The notes under the pieces are model-generated. The model worked only from the letters and a program-made list of their open reading frames with translations, was not told the DNA's origin and did no database searches. From Candidatus Oxydemutatoraceae bacterium (GTDB lineage: Bacteria; Pseudomonadota; Gammaproteobacteria; Poriferisulfidales; Oxydemutatoraceae), in assembly GCA_965219575.1 (NCBI GenBank), contig OZ244779.1, forward strand, positions 460,769 to 524,768: DNA of 64,000 nt. The letters are read 5' to 3'. A program made the translations under genes and the position numbers. Shown in pieces: positions 10,536 through 20,426 of the stretch (its first letter is position 1; the number at the start of each line of letters is the position of its first letter).

Positions 10536-11579
10536 TTACGCCGATTGGGTCAATAGGTCGCCGAGTATCTCGTTGATACGCTTAAAATCCTCTTCAAACA
10601 AACCTAAGGTCGTGAAATGCCCCCATAGGCTATCCAACATCTCTATTTTAGAATTGGCTATCATCGCTTGTTCGGCACGACAATCTTGTTCGGGTATAAA
10701 CATATCTTCGGAAAAAGCGATAACGGTTGTGCGGGCGGTAATACGCTGCAGGGCTTTATTCAAATCGCCGTCGTACGGGATACTCACATCACCGTTTTTC
10801 CATTTGTCCGCCATACACAACAACACATTGGGGTCCATCGGTGCAAACCATTTTTCCCAAAAGCCGCTCAGAAATTCGTCCATAGATTTAATGTCTATCT
10901 TTTGCCACAGTTGCCGCTTGTAGAATTCGGGGCATACACCCATTAGTGCAAATACCCGAGCCAAAAGTTGCAAACCGTCTTTGACGACATCGTCCCCATA
11001 ATCGCCGTTGTTCCAAACCGGATCGGATTTGAGTGCCGCACAAAAAGTATCCACATAAAGTGCGTCGTGTGGAGTCACCTTGGCGGTGCCGGCAATCGGG
11101 GCGGCGCGGCGCACCATCTCCGGATAACGCACTGCCCATTCATAAGTCTGCTGCGCCCCCATAGACCAGCCGACAACCAGTTGTAGTTCGGTGATGCCGA
11201 AGTGTTCGTCGAGCAAGCGGTGTTGCGCCCGTACGTCGTCGGCGATATCCAGCGGCGGAAACGAGCTTGCATCGAACGGTGCCTCGCTATTGTTGGGAGA
11301 ACTGGAAAGCCCGTTGCCGAGTTGGTTAGGGATAATGATGAAGTATTTTTTAGGATCGAGTGCCAACCCTTCGCTTATATAATGCTGCAGGCTACCGCTG
11401 GTGCCGGAGAACATCACCGGAAAGAGTATCGCATTGTCTTTTGCGTCGGCGAGTTCACCCGCCGTTGCAAAAGCGAGTTTGCAATCCGGCAACGAACCAC
11501 CGCGTTGCAATTCAAAATCACCGAGATTAAAAATCTCATAGCTTCCATGATTTTTTTCGTTGTAAAAGTCGTTCGGCAT
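10536..11579 (-). CDS. Alpha/beta hydrolase, homoserine O-acetyltransferase-like
   Basis: GWSMG nucleophile motif, LGNGLSSSP, WGHF; RBS GGAGG. Confidence 0.8.
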   Translation of the reverse strand: MPNDFYNEKNHGSYEIFNLGDFELQRGGSLPDCKLAFATAGELADAKDNAILFPVMFSGTSGSLQHYISEGLALDPKKYFIIIPNQLGNGLSSSPNNSEAPFDASSFPPLDIADDVRAQHRLLDEHFGITELQLVVGWSMGAQQTYEWAVRYPEMVRRAAPIAGTAKVTPHDALYVDTFCAALKSDPVWNNGDYGDDVVKDGLQLLARVFALMGVCPEFYKRQLWQKIDIKSMDEFLSGFWEKWFAPMDPNVLLCMADKWKNGDVSIPYDGDLNKALQRITARTTVIAFSEDMFIPEQDCRAEQAMIANSKIEMLDSLWGHFTTLGLFEEDFKRINEILGDLLTQSA

Positions 11580-11658
11580 GAGGGTTCCTCCTTCGTATTA
11601 AGTTGATCTAATCATTCTATCGGATGATATCCGGTTTGAGTCTTGTCGTCGGATAAAC

Positions 11659-12486
11659 TTAAAGTTTATCCAAAATTTGGCGCACTTTGTATCGGTAATT
11701 CTCTTCGGATATCAAATCCCGTTCTCGCAAGCCTTTCAGATATCTGAGACGCGCCTCGACGGAGTTGTCGGATGTCGCTCTGCGCTCGTTCTCGGTTCGC
11801 ATCTCGGCTCGCATCTCGGTTTGCTCTTCGGCATCGGAAAGTGCGCGCAAGGTTTCGCGCGGGTCTATCATAAGCCAGTCGCTACGCACGGTGCCGCTTT
11901 TAGTTTCCGCGTAGCGAGTGCCGGGAAATAGCGCAGGCTTATAATCGGAGTCAACCACACGTTCACGGCTACCGATTCTCGGTGGGTTGATAACGCCGGC
12001 ATCTTGTCCCAATAACTTACGCTTGGCGATGCCTCGTCGTATAGACCCGAAAACGATTTGCAACCGCTTATTTCTCCAGAACATACGCCCGGTGGTATAA
12101 GCCGGCTTGCGGATGAGTTTGCCGAGTAGCGGCACTATTTCCATTACTTGAAAAGCGATGTCCTCGTCGGGACGCGCGTTGCCGAAGGCTTCGCTCAGTT
12201 GGATCCCTAAGGATTCGGTTTTTGATTTCGAGAACAACGGTTCGGGTACGTCGTCGTCTTCGGATTTTTTAGGTAAAATTTTTATTTCGGTGAGGATGGT
12301 GGTAAGCGTTTGTGGGTTAATTTTAAGCGGGTGGTTATTACTGATCCCGGGGACACCGTCGCGTGCCACGAGTTTGACGAACTCACCCTCCTGCCATTGT
12401 CCGCCTTGAGCGTATACGCCTATCGGTATGGCAAGGATTACCGATACATAAGCGATGATTTTATAGAATTTTTGGTATGAAAACAT
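11659..12486 (-). CDS. Exported hypothetical protein with C-terminal SHOCT-like motif
   Basis: Signal peptide; ends RLRYLKGLRERDLISEENYRYKVRQILDKL. Confidence 0.7.
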   Translation of the reverse strand: MFSYQKFYKIIAYVSVILAIPIGVYAQGGQWQEGEFVKLVARDGVPGISNNHPLKINPQTLTTILTEIKILPKKSEDDDVPEPLFSKSKTESLGIQLSEAFGNARPDEDIAFQVMEIVPLLGKLIRKPAYTTGRMFWRNKRLQIVFGSIRRGIAKRKLLGQDAGVINPPRIGSRERVVDSDYKPALFPGTRYAETKSGTVRSDWLMIDPRETLRALSDAEEQTEMRAEMRTENERRATSDNSVEARLRYLKGLRERDLISEENYRYKVRQILDKL

Positions 12487-12510
12487 TACGCCATTTTAGC
12501 ATTAAACTGT

Positions 12511-12820
12511 GGGGCTGTTGAAAAAGTATTGGCAGCGCAAAAATCCAACCGCTTGCGCCACATGATTATGATAACCACAAAGTCGTAGGGGCAGACCTGT
12601 GTGTCTGCCCTTAAGTACCGTTCTGCACGACATCAACCGCTTGCGCCAACAAATAATGGTTTCCATAATATTAATGGGTGAACGCGTTAATCGTGCAAAC
12701 ATGATACGTTTCGGGCGGACATGCCAGTCCGCCCCTACCACTTTATGAAATACTTTTTCAACAGTCCCACGCTGCCGGCCACCCTTCCGTAGGGGCGGAC
12801 TGGCATGTCCGCCCTTAGGG
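12511..12820. repeat. MITE-like element (12511-12768) plus adjacent REP palindrome
   Basis: Terminal inverted repeats GGGGCTGTTGAAAAAGT / ACTTTTTCAACAGTCCC enclosing GTAG-type palindromes. Confidence 0.85.
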
Positions 12821-12900
12821 GGAGTGTTGCTTGAGAAAGGCTGTTGCCGGCTTATCACCGGCAACAGCATTAAGAGTATATATGAAGGATATTGTTGTAC

Positions 12901-14328
12901 TTAAAAGAACATGATGGCACCGATTGCCAATGTTTTTTCCTCGTTGGTGATACCGCTATGCGCTTCGGCTTCGGTATCGGTGTATTCAAGCACCAAATTC
13001 AACGCTTCACCTATCGGATGATAAAGACCTACTACCACAGATTCGTTGGTATCAACCAAGTTGTACCTAGGGGCGAGGGCATCACCTGTCGCTCCTCCCA
13101 TTCTAGCCGTATTTATTCTAGCTTCATCTCTTTCTCTCGTTTGTCGGTCAAGAGCGGTTTCGTCCAGCGAGCTCTCGCCGTAGCTGATTCCCAGCAGGGT
13201 GCCGGTGGGCATGCGGTAACGACCTTGGATATAAAAACCGTCCGAGTCGCGCTCATTGCCGTTGCGATCCAAACCATCCAGCAAGAAGCCGGTGGTGCCG
13301 ATGCCTTCGCCGTCGTAGTAGTAGCCGACAACATCAAAACCGCCGAAACCCCACTTGGCACCGAATTCATAGCCATCGGCTTCGGCATCGTTGCCTTCAT
13401 CAGCAGCAGTATTTGGGTCGTCGGTAAAGTCCAAATCTTGGCGGATATAGCCTGCCCAGAATCTTGCCGAAGTATCGCCCAGTTCATAACTGTAGTTGAG
13501 CTTAGCTTCAATACCGTAGGTATCTTTTTCTTGTCTTGCATCGTTTCTGCTATAATCAACATCGTCAACCTGTAAAGCTAGGACTTGAGGTCGAGTAAGT
13601 GTTGGATCTGAGCTATTATTACCCATCATATCGACGCTTCCGGCAAGCGAACTTGCTCCCCAAGGATCGACAATCGCCCCGGTGAACGTAAAGCCGTTCA
13701 TGTTCGGCGAAGTATATTGCACTTGGGGTTTCCAATCAGCGTACAAATAACCGACACCGATACGACCTAAGGTGGTATGGCCTCTGCCGTGTGCACCGGA
13801 ACCCACACCGAGTAGCGTCATATCCTCCAGAATTGCATCGCTACCGAAGACACCCAAATCGCGTCCCAGCTTAATCGTGCCCCATTGTTCGGTACCGAAT
13901 GTCAAGAAGACTTGGCGGAAGTTGGTACTACCTTGACCGAGTGCACCGTCTAAACCGCTGGTTAGTCCGCTACCGGTATCGGTACCAGGTTGAAAGCTGA
14001 TATGAACGGCGGTTCTGATGCCGCTGTCGGTGACCGTCGCAGCGGTGAAGTTGAACCAAGACGGCAACAAACCGTCTCTGACATCGGTGTAATCTTCGTC
14101 GTTAGCGTTTCCTAGACAGGCTAGACCGCCTCCGACTAGAGTACCTGCGAATTGCGGGTCACATTCGCCTATGGTCGCAAAAGCATTCACATTGCCGCTG
14201 AAGTCAACCTCCCATGCACCCATGCGCATCATGGATAAACCTTCAAATGCATCGGCGAATGCAGATGTCGGTATTGTAAAGAGTAAACAGCTAACCATGG
14301 TTACTGTTAGTTTTTTGAGATATTTCAT
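12901..14328 (-). CDS. Gram-negative outer-membrane porin
   Basis: GGAGG RBS before ATG 14328, signal peptide ending AFA, WGTIKLGRDLGVF, alternating beta strands, terminal Phe (GAIMFF). Confidence 0.85.
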   Translation of the reverse strand: MKYLKKLTVTMVSCLLFTIPTSAFADAFEGLSMMRMGAWEVDFSGNVNAFATIGECDPQFAGTLVGGGLACLGNANDEDYTDVRDGLLPSWFNFTAATVTDSGIRTAVHISFQPGTDTGSGLTSGLDGALGQGSTNFRQVFLTFGTEQWGTIKLGRDLGVFGSDAILEDMTLLGVGSGAHGRGHTTLGRIGVGYLYADWKPQVQYTSPNMNGFTFTGAIVDPWGASSLAGSVDMMGNNSSDPTLTRPQVLALQVDDVDYSRNDARQEKDTYGIEAKLNYSYELGDTSARFWAGYIRQDLDFTDDPNTAADEGNDAEADGYEFGAKWGFGGFDVVGYYYDGEGIGTTGFLLDGLDRNGNERDSDGFYIQGRYRMPTGTLLGISYGESSLDETALDRQTRERDEARINTARMGGATGDALAPRYNLVDTNESVVVGLYHPIGEALNLVLEYTDTEAEAHSGITNEEKTLAIGAIMFF

Positions 14329-14519
14329 TTTATCCTCCCGAGGATTATTAATCTGATTAAATATCAGGCTTGAAATCAAGCCACTCATACATCTAAATAA
14401 TTAGATGATCTGTAGTATAAAGCAAATAAACATGTATTGATACAAAAATGGTACAAAAATGTTGCTAAAAAACAACAAACCCTAATAATTATATTTATCA
14501 ATACAATAAATATAATCTA

Positions 14520-15257
14520 TTATCCGAGTATGTTCGGGAATTGATCTAGGATTTCTTTATGTAATGACTCAACTTCGGCAGGCGGGCGCCCGCGTGTGCC
14601 CGGCAACGATAGATCGGCAACCACGGTGGACGGTCGTTTAGACATGACCAGCAGACGATCGCCCAAAAACAATGCTTCGCGCAGGTTGTGTGTCAAGAAG
14701 ATGACGATACGCGATGAGATTTCCAGTTGCGACAAAAGCAATTCTCGCAACCGCTGCGAGGTGAGTTCGTCTATGGATGAAAACGCTTCGTCCATCAAGA
14801 GCAACGGGGCTTTTACCGCAAATGCGCGTGCCAAAGCGGTGCGCCGTGCCATGCCTAAAGACAGCGCACTCGGATAACTATCGGCGGCGTCGGCGATGCC
14901 CATTTTTTCCAATAGCGATGTAACTTGTGCTTCGCTGTGTTGTGGTGAAGGCAAAGCCAGCATGATGTTTTCCTTTAATGTGCGCCACGGTAATAAGCAG
15001 GGTTTCTGGAATACATAAGACAGCGGAAACTCACCGTCGGGATGCGGCGGTAGTTCGATGTGTCCGTGGTAGTCTGCATCGAGTCCGGCGATAAGATTGA
15101 GCAGTGTCGTTTTTCCGCAACCCGACGGGCCGGTGATGACGATCAATTCGTGATCCGGAATGGTGAATACAACATCGCGCAGCACTTGAATTTGTTTTCC
15201 ATCGTGGCGCATAAAATCTTTTTTATCGACCTTAACCGAGAGCAACGGGTCGGACAT
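14520..15257 (-). CDS. NitT/TauT-family ABC transporter ATP-binding protein
   Basis: GPSGCGKT, LSLGMARR, LLMDEAF; start coupled to permease stop. Confidence 0.88.
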   Translation of the reverse strand: MSDPLLSVKVDKKDFMRHDGKQIQVLRDVVFTIPDHELIVITGPSGCGKTTLLNLIAGLDADYHGHIELPPHPDGEFPLSYVFQKPCLLPWRTLKENIMLALPSPQHSEAQVTSLLEKMGIADAADSYPSALSLGMARRTALARAFAVKAPLLLMDEAFSSIDELTSQRLRELLLSQLEISSRIVIFLTHNLREALFLGDRLLVMSKRPSTVVADLSLPGTRGRPPAEVESLHKEILDQFPNILG

Positions 15258-16024
15258 TATTTGCGCCACCGGTTGACATATCGTTCGAAGGGTTGCACCA
15301 AAAACAATTCCACGAACTGCATGATTATAACGAAGGTTAAACCCCACGCCATAATCCCGGCGATATTGAATAACTGAAATTGCAGATGCAGCTGAAAACC
15401 CACACCGTCGCTGCGCCCGAGCAGTTCGACCACCAACACGATCTTCCAGATCAACGAGATACCCGAGCGCGTTGCCGCGGCGATATAGGGTGCCAACTGC
15501 GGCATGACGACATGGCGCAGTTTTTTCCACCAGCCGAATTGAAATACGAGTGCCATATTTTGCAAACCGCTATCCATAGCGCGTGCGCCTTCGCGTAAAG
15601 TCACGACGACATTGGGTATTTTGTTGACGGCAACCGCAAGTACTGCGGCGACTTCGGTCAACCCCAACCAGATATAGGCAAGGATGATGACGACCAACGC
15701 CGGTAGATTGAGAAAAAACAACAACCACGGATCGAGTATTTCGTTCGCTCTGTTGGAAACACCCATCAGCAATCCGATCGTCATACCGATGAAGATAGCG
15801 AGCGTGAAGCTGGCAATCACGCGCCATAGCGTGATGCCGATATGGACGAACAATTCACCGCTTTCCGTGTATCGGGTTATGACTGCCAATACATCCAGCG
15901 GGGTCGGCAATGAATCCCTGCCCAAACCTAAGGAACCCAGCCACCATATGGTGATGAGTGCTGCCACCGAAGCAATCGGAATAAACGGAAATTTTTTAAT
16001 ATTGATTGCTGCTACAGAGGACAT
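15257..16024 (-). CDS. NitT/TauT-family ABC transporter permease
   Basis: Several TM helices; LPTP..V, WKIVLVVELLG motifs. Confidence 0.88.
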   Translation of the reverse strand: MSSVAAINIKKFPFIPIASVAALITIWWLGSLGLGRDSLPTPLDVLAVITRYTESGELFVHIGITLWRVIASFTLAIFIGMTIGLLMGVSNRANEILDPWLLFFLNLPALVVIILAYIWLGLTEVAAVLAVAVNKIPNVVVTLREGARAMDSGLQNMALVFQFGWWKKLRHVVMPQLAPYIAAATRSGISLIWKIVLVVELLGRSDGVGFQLHLQFQLFNIAGIMAWGLTFVIIMQFVELFLVQPFERYVNRWRK

Positions 16025-16054
16025 AAGTAATAGCTCAATTTATGTTATCGCTAC

Positions 16055-16815
16055 AGGGAGATTGTTGAAAAGTTGTGCAGACACGACGGGGCTGTTGAAA
16101 AAGTGCGGCATCGTACGAATCCAATCACTTGCGCCATTTGGTTTTGGTTTCCATAAATTGGATGGATGAATGTATAAATCGTGTAGGCACAACGCGTTAC
16201 GGGCGGACATGCTAGTCCGCCCCTACGGGTGGTTTGCAAATATTCACGGCGCAAGCGGTTACGGTTGCACGCTGACGATACTTTTTCAACAATCCCACGA
16301 CACGACCACCCCGTCAGGCTGCGCCTGCCACCCCTCCATAGGAGGGGAATGTACCAACACTGTAGTTGTGCAGACACGACTGTTGAAAAAGTGCAGCATC
16401 GTACGAATCCAATCACTTGCGCCATTTGGTTTTGGTTTCCATAAATTGGATGGATGAATGTATAAATCGTGTAGGCACAACGCGTTACGGGCGGACATGT
16501 TAGTCCGCCCCTACGGGTGGTTTGCAAATATTCACGGCGCAAGCGGTTACGGTTGCACGCTGACGATACTTTTTCAACAGCAGACACGACACGACCACCC
16601 CGTCAGGCTGCGCCTGCCACCCCTCCATAGGAGGGGAATGTACCAACACTGTAGTTGTGCAGACACGACACGACCACCCCGTCAGGCTGCGCCTGCCACC
16701 CCTCCACAGGAGGGGAATGTACCAACACTGTAGTTGTGCAGACACGACACGACCACCCCGTCAGGCTGCGCCTGCCACCCCTCCACAGGAGGGGAATTGA
16801 CTTGTGCAGACACGC
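16055..16815. repeat. Compound repeat: two ~288-bp MITE units followed by ~3 tandem 79-bp units
   Basis: Identical blocks at 16170/16458. The 79-bp unit starts at 16581, 16660, 16739 and contains CCACCCCGTCAGGCTGCGCCTGCCACCCCTCC..GGAGGGGAAT. Confidence 0.93.
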
Positions 16816-16834
16816 TATCACCCTTAGGTTGATT

Positions 16835-17557
16835 TTATTTTTTGATTTCATCGAGTAACACCTTGGGCGTACGATAACCTTGTAGCAATGCACCGTTCTC
16901 GAGCAGAAAGGAAGGCGTGCCTTTGATACCGAGGAGCTCTGCCGTGCGGAGATTCTCGTCCAGCGGGGTGTCGCATTGTTTATCCTCTACGGCCATACCA
17001 AGTTTGGCTTGGTTCAATGCCGTCGAGCGATCATCGGCACACCAAACACCGGTCGCTTTCCGGTATGCCGTATCTCCGAGAAACGGGGTTAGAAAATAGC
17101 GCACCCGTATACCGAGCGCATTGACTTGCTCTATTTGACTGTGAAAATTACGGCACGAAGGGCATTCCACATCGCTGAACACATTGAGTGTGTATTGATA
17201 TTCCGCCGGTGAGTAAGTGATTGCCTCTCGCTCGGCGAGCTGCGCAACGATGTTGCCCCTTAATTCGTTCTTAGCCTGCTTGGTGAGGTCTTTGCCGCTT
17301 TCTAGGTCGTATAACGATCCGGCGAGTAAAAACTTTCCGTCTTCGGTCAAATAGTAAACGCCACCTTCAATAACGAGCTCGTAGACGCCGGGCATTGCCG
17401 CCGGTTTCAGACTGTCAATCTCGGCGTTTGGAAAGGAGCCGGCTAGATATTGCTTTGCTTTTTCAATACTCAAATCGCCGGCATCGGCAAGCGTGCCGAA
17501 AGCCGTAGCAAACATCAAAACTACATAGTTAATGACACGGTGAAGTGTTTTTTTCAT
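16835..17557 (-). CDS. dsbC: DsbC-family thiol:disulfide isomerase
   Basis: Signal peptide, N-terminal dimerisation domain, FSDVECPSC active site, VWC...C, GTP cis-Pro motif. Confidence 0.85.
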   Translation of the reverse strand: MKKTLHRVINYVVLMFATAFGTLADAGDLSIEKAKQYLAGSFPNAEIDSLKPAAMPGVYELVIEGGVYYLTEDGKFLLAGSLYDLESGKDLTKQAKNELRGNIVAQLAEREAITYSPAEYQYTLNVFSDVECPSCRNFHSQIEQVNALGIRVRYFLTPFLGDTAYRKATGVWCADDRSTALNQAKLGMAVEDKQCDTPLDENLRTAELLGIKGTPSFLLENGALLQGYRTPKVLLDEIKK

Positions 17558-17567
17558 ATCGTACCTC

Positions 17568-18284
17568 TCAATAATCAAAAGAAGTTAAAATCATCGTTAT
17601 GGTGCCACCGTATGCTTGGTCGGAATACGCTCTCTCTTCGTGGACGAGTTTTATCAACCCCACATTCGGTGCGTACCATTCATTGGTTTCAAACCAAACC
17701 TCGTCTGTGGCAACACCCAGCGATCGGGGTACCTCAACCAAAGCTCGACCTTGAAGATGAAGACAATTTTCAAACTCACCGGCAGGCACCGATATTTTTG
17801 CGTCGTTGCCGACGATTTCCCAATCCATTCTGTAAGTGACGATCCGTTTGAGTTCGTTGATGGTGGGGGTATGGCGGGCGAGTAGATAAGGCTTGGCCTT
17901 ATGCGACCACTGCGTGCCTGCTTGCACGGGATATTTAATTATATAACGCTCGGCAACTCCCAGACGCGGGTAAGGCTCGACGATCGTCCGTTTTGTTGAT
18001 CGCACAATGCCGTCGTTTCGGTCTTGTATATAGTAGTAGTTTCCGGTATTCGTTTTACGGACATGGTATTGTTTATTTTTATCTTCCCAAATTCCGGCAT
18101 TGCTAATTTGTAGTTCGCTTTCTTTGCGATCATAGGGAGTTTCACTCACGACCAAATAGTTCCATTCCAAGTCCTGTTGTAACGGGAAATAGCCGCTCGG
18201 CATTTCTTCGCCACGGCTGCAAGCAACCATAGATGCGGCAACCATCGCAACCGTACAAATTCTAAACAACATCGTGGTGTTCAT
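17568..18284 (-). CDS. Hypothetical lipoprotein
   Basis: Lipobox-like MVAC; YFPLQ, VPAGEF, EWYAPNVGLIK; coupled to upstream gene. Confidence 0.7.
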   Translation of the reverse strand: MNTTMLFRICTVAMVAASMVACSRGEEMPSGYFPLQQDLEWNYLVVSETPYDRKESELQISNAGIWEDKNKQYHVRKTNTGNYYYIQDRNDGIVRSTKRTIVEPYPRLGVAERYIIKYPVQAGTQWSHKAKPYLLARHTPTINELKRIVTYRMDWEIVGNDAKISVPAGEFENCLHLQGRALVEVPRSLGVATDEVWFETNEWYAPNVGLIKLVHEERAYSDQAYGGTITMILTSFDY

Positions 18285-18793
18285 TTGTCGGGCAATTCGG
18301 GGTCGGGGAGGTCGTAAATTTCAATACGTTGTACAGGCTCCACAAGCAAAGTCTGACCCATGCCCGGCTGCGGCACGATGACATTCTTGAGCTTACCGAC
18401 TTGAGGGATACCGCGCCGCAACCTCTTATTGGCTGCTGCGACTTTATTATGCAGAGACTTGGAATACGGCATTCTATACGCGCGGGGCATACCTTTGATT
18501 TTCTCTTCATCCAACGGCAATGCCCACAGATAGACTGCACCGCCGTCTTTATTTTGTTCTTCGGGTTCTTCTATTTTGCCCGCCAATAAAATAAATTCAC
18601 CGGGCAAATCGGTTTGTGTCGGCCACCCGAGCAAACCCTGCAAAGAGAAATAGGTTGCATAATAAAAAAAGCCGGTCAAGACGATCGCGCCCCCCTTGAT
18701 CCATACCGACCATCTCGTATAAAGACATAACCCCAGCAGCAAAACCGCAAGCGCAACATAAGCGGCAACGATCGCGATGATCGCGGCACTCAT
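18281..18793 (-). CDS. Hypothetical membrane protein
   Basis: Two N-terminal TM helices, LLGWPT, PRAYRMPY; ATGA-type overlaps at both ends. Confidence 0.7.
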   Translation of the reverse strand: MSAAIIAIVAAYVALAVLLLGLCLYTRWSVWIKGGAIVLTGFFYYATYFSLQGLLGWPTQTDLPGEFILLAGKIEEPEEQNKDGGAVYLWALPLDEEKIKGMPRAYRMPYSKSLHNKVAAANKRLRRGIPQVGKLKNVIVPQPGMGQTLLVEPVQRIEIYDLPDPELPDK

Positions 18794-19401
18794 ATCGGCT
18801 CCACGGTAACCAAAGACTTCGGTAGCGTATTGATTTCGCCTACGCTACCGTCTTCGTTAACGCTGAACCGTACTGCGGTGCGTTCCGAGTTGGTTGCCTC
18901 CAGTAGCACTTCACCGTAGTAGACGATTTCAAGCCACGGATTGACCTTAGACACGGTCACCTCGGCGGTTACCGGTTGCCTGGTGTTGGATTTGTAGTAA
19001 TGTAGATTGACGGTGTATTCACCCGGGATCGGTTTTCTGAGTGTCACTATTTCTTGATTCAAGGGATTGACGACTGCTTTGCCGTCAACCATTATCGTAT
19101 CGTTGCTCGTGCCGCGATCGTCACGATCTAAATGCATAAAACCAGCCTCGTTATTATTAAACCAAACAACATGGCCTTGTGGATCCTCCACCCATGTATC
19201 GACATCGTCCGGACTTTGATCGGGCCATTTAACCGTAATGATATATTCGGCTTTCAATTCTACATTGCCGTCCTTGGATATCGGATTTAAAAAAATAATT
19301 GCAACCATAAATAAAAAAGTAAATACCAGCAGAACATTGAATAGTAAATCGGTGAAAGGATCCATCGCAAGTGCGGTTCGTGCCTGTCGCTTAAAAGCCA
19401 T
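18790..19401 (-). CDS. Membrane-anchored protein with MotB/ExbD-like N-terminal TM Asp
   Basis: DPFTDLLFNVLL TM segment, then DVDTWVEDP/HLDRDDRG periplasmic domain; follows MotA-like gene. Confidence 0.65.
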   Translation of the reverse strand: MAFKRQARTALAMDPFTDLLFNVLLVFTFLFMVAIIFLNPISKDGNVELKAEYIITVKWPDQSPDDVDTWVEDPQGHVVWFNNNEAGFMHLDRDDRGTSNDTIMVDGKAVVNPLNQEIVTLRKPIPGEYTVNLHYYKSNTRQPVTAEVTVSKVNPWLEIVYYGEVLLEATNSERTAVRFSVNEDGSVGEINTLPKSLVTVEPI

Positions 19402-19421
19402 CGTTTTGAGAAAAAGAATTT

Positions 19422-20147
19422 TTACCGGGTCGCCTCGGGGTAAGTTTCGGCGAAATGGGTTACACCGGATAACAAGCGATCGGCACCACGATCCAACATC
19501 AGGTATTGCAATCCGAGCAACATCGCACCGAGCAATCCGGTTAATGTGGTGTTGAGTGCTACCCGCATACCTTGTGCCATATCACCGAATAACACATAGA
19601 CTTGCGAAACATCGGCCAACGACGCACTAGATAGCGATTTCAGCATGAGTATAAAACCAATCACGGTTCCCAGCAATCCCAGCTTGATCAACAACTGCGA
19701 AAAAAACCATCCGCTTTCGTGCGGACCGTTGGCGTGCTCGCTCAACACTTCGTCGAGTTTGGATGCTTGTTGCGCACCGGCTTGATCGGACAACGATTGA
19801 CGGTGGCGAAAAACGCCGACTAAATAATCGGCTATCAACGACGAAGCTAACACTTGTTGATCAAAATATAAGCGGTTATCGGCAAAATGTAACTTGCTCG
19901 GTGCGTTGATGATTTTCCCCAGCTCGTTTAACTGTTGCGACAAGAACACACTGCGTATCGCACAATGGATAGTGCCGACGATAAAAATCAGCATGATTAT
20001 CAAAGACAGTTTGGTCGGGTCCGTTTTTAGAACATCTTGTATTACGCCTTGCTGCCACGCCAACCAGGTGAAGAACGTTAAAACAAAAATGAAAATAAGC
20101 CACTGCAACAATAGTAAATGTGGATAATTGAATTTGCTATCTATCAT
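19422..20147 (-). CDS. MotA/TolQ/ExbB proton-channel family protein
   Basis: LGLLGTVIGF and GMRVALNTTLTGL TM motifs. Confidence 0.8.
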   Translation of the reverse strand: MIDSKFNYPHLLLLQWLIFIFVLTFFTWLAWQQGVIQDVLKTDPTKLSLIIMLIFIVGTIHCAIRSVFLSQQLNELGKIINAPSKLHFADNRLYFDQQVLASSLIADYLVGVFRHRQSLSDQAGAQQASKLDEVLSEHANGPHESGWFFSQLLIKLGLLGTVIGFILMLKSLSSASLADVSQVYVLFGDMAQGMRVALNTTLTGLLGAMLLGLQYLMLDRGADRLLSGVTHFAETYPEATR

Positions 20148-20426
20148 TTGTGGTATGCCTTTCAGATTAGGAACTTAAATTGTAGCATGAACCGATAAAC
20201 CGAGACCGACAATCATCCGAGGGGTTACTTTATCTACAGTTCCTAGCTGATTATTGTGCAGGTATCATCCTGTTATTCGTGCAAAATCATGATTTATTTT
20301 TTATATCGTTTTTTTAATTTTTTTTTTGAGTTGTCCTTGTTTCATACCTGAATTGCTTGTTATACTACACGGCTGTACGCGCTACATTACAAAGTTCAAT
20401 TTTCATAATTTTTTCAGGAGTATAAA

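Noticed and set aside
12892-13575. 227-aa plus-strand ORF and other long antisense ORFs over xoxF, dsrL and ped genes
   Set aside because: Shadow ORFs opposite well-supported genes.
16581-16815. 79-bp periodic repeat as a CRISPR array
   Set aside because: The would-be spacers are identical; it is a tandem repeat of a hairpin module.
18790-20147. Zorya (ZorAB) defence system
   Set aside because: The MotA-like protein lacks the long ZorA tail, the partner has no OmpA-like domain, no zorC/D/E are present, and the context is metabolic.
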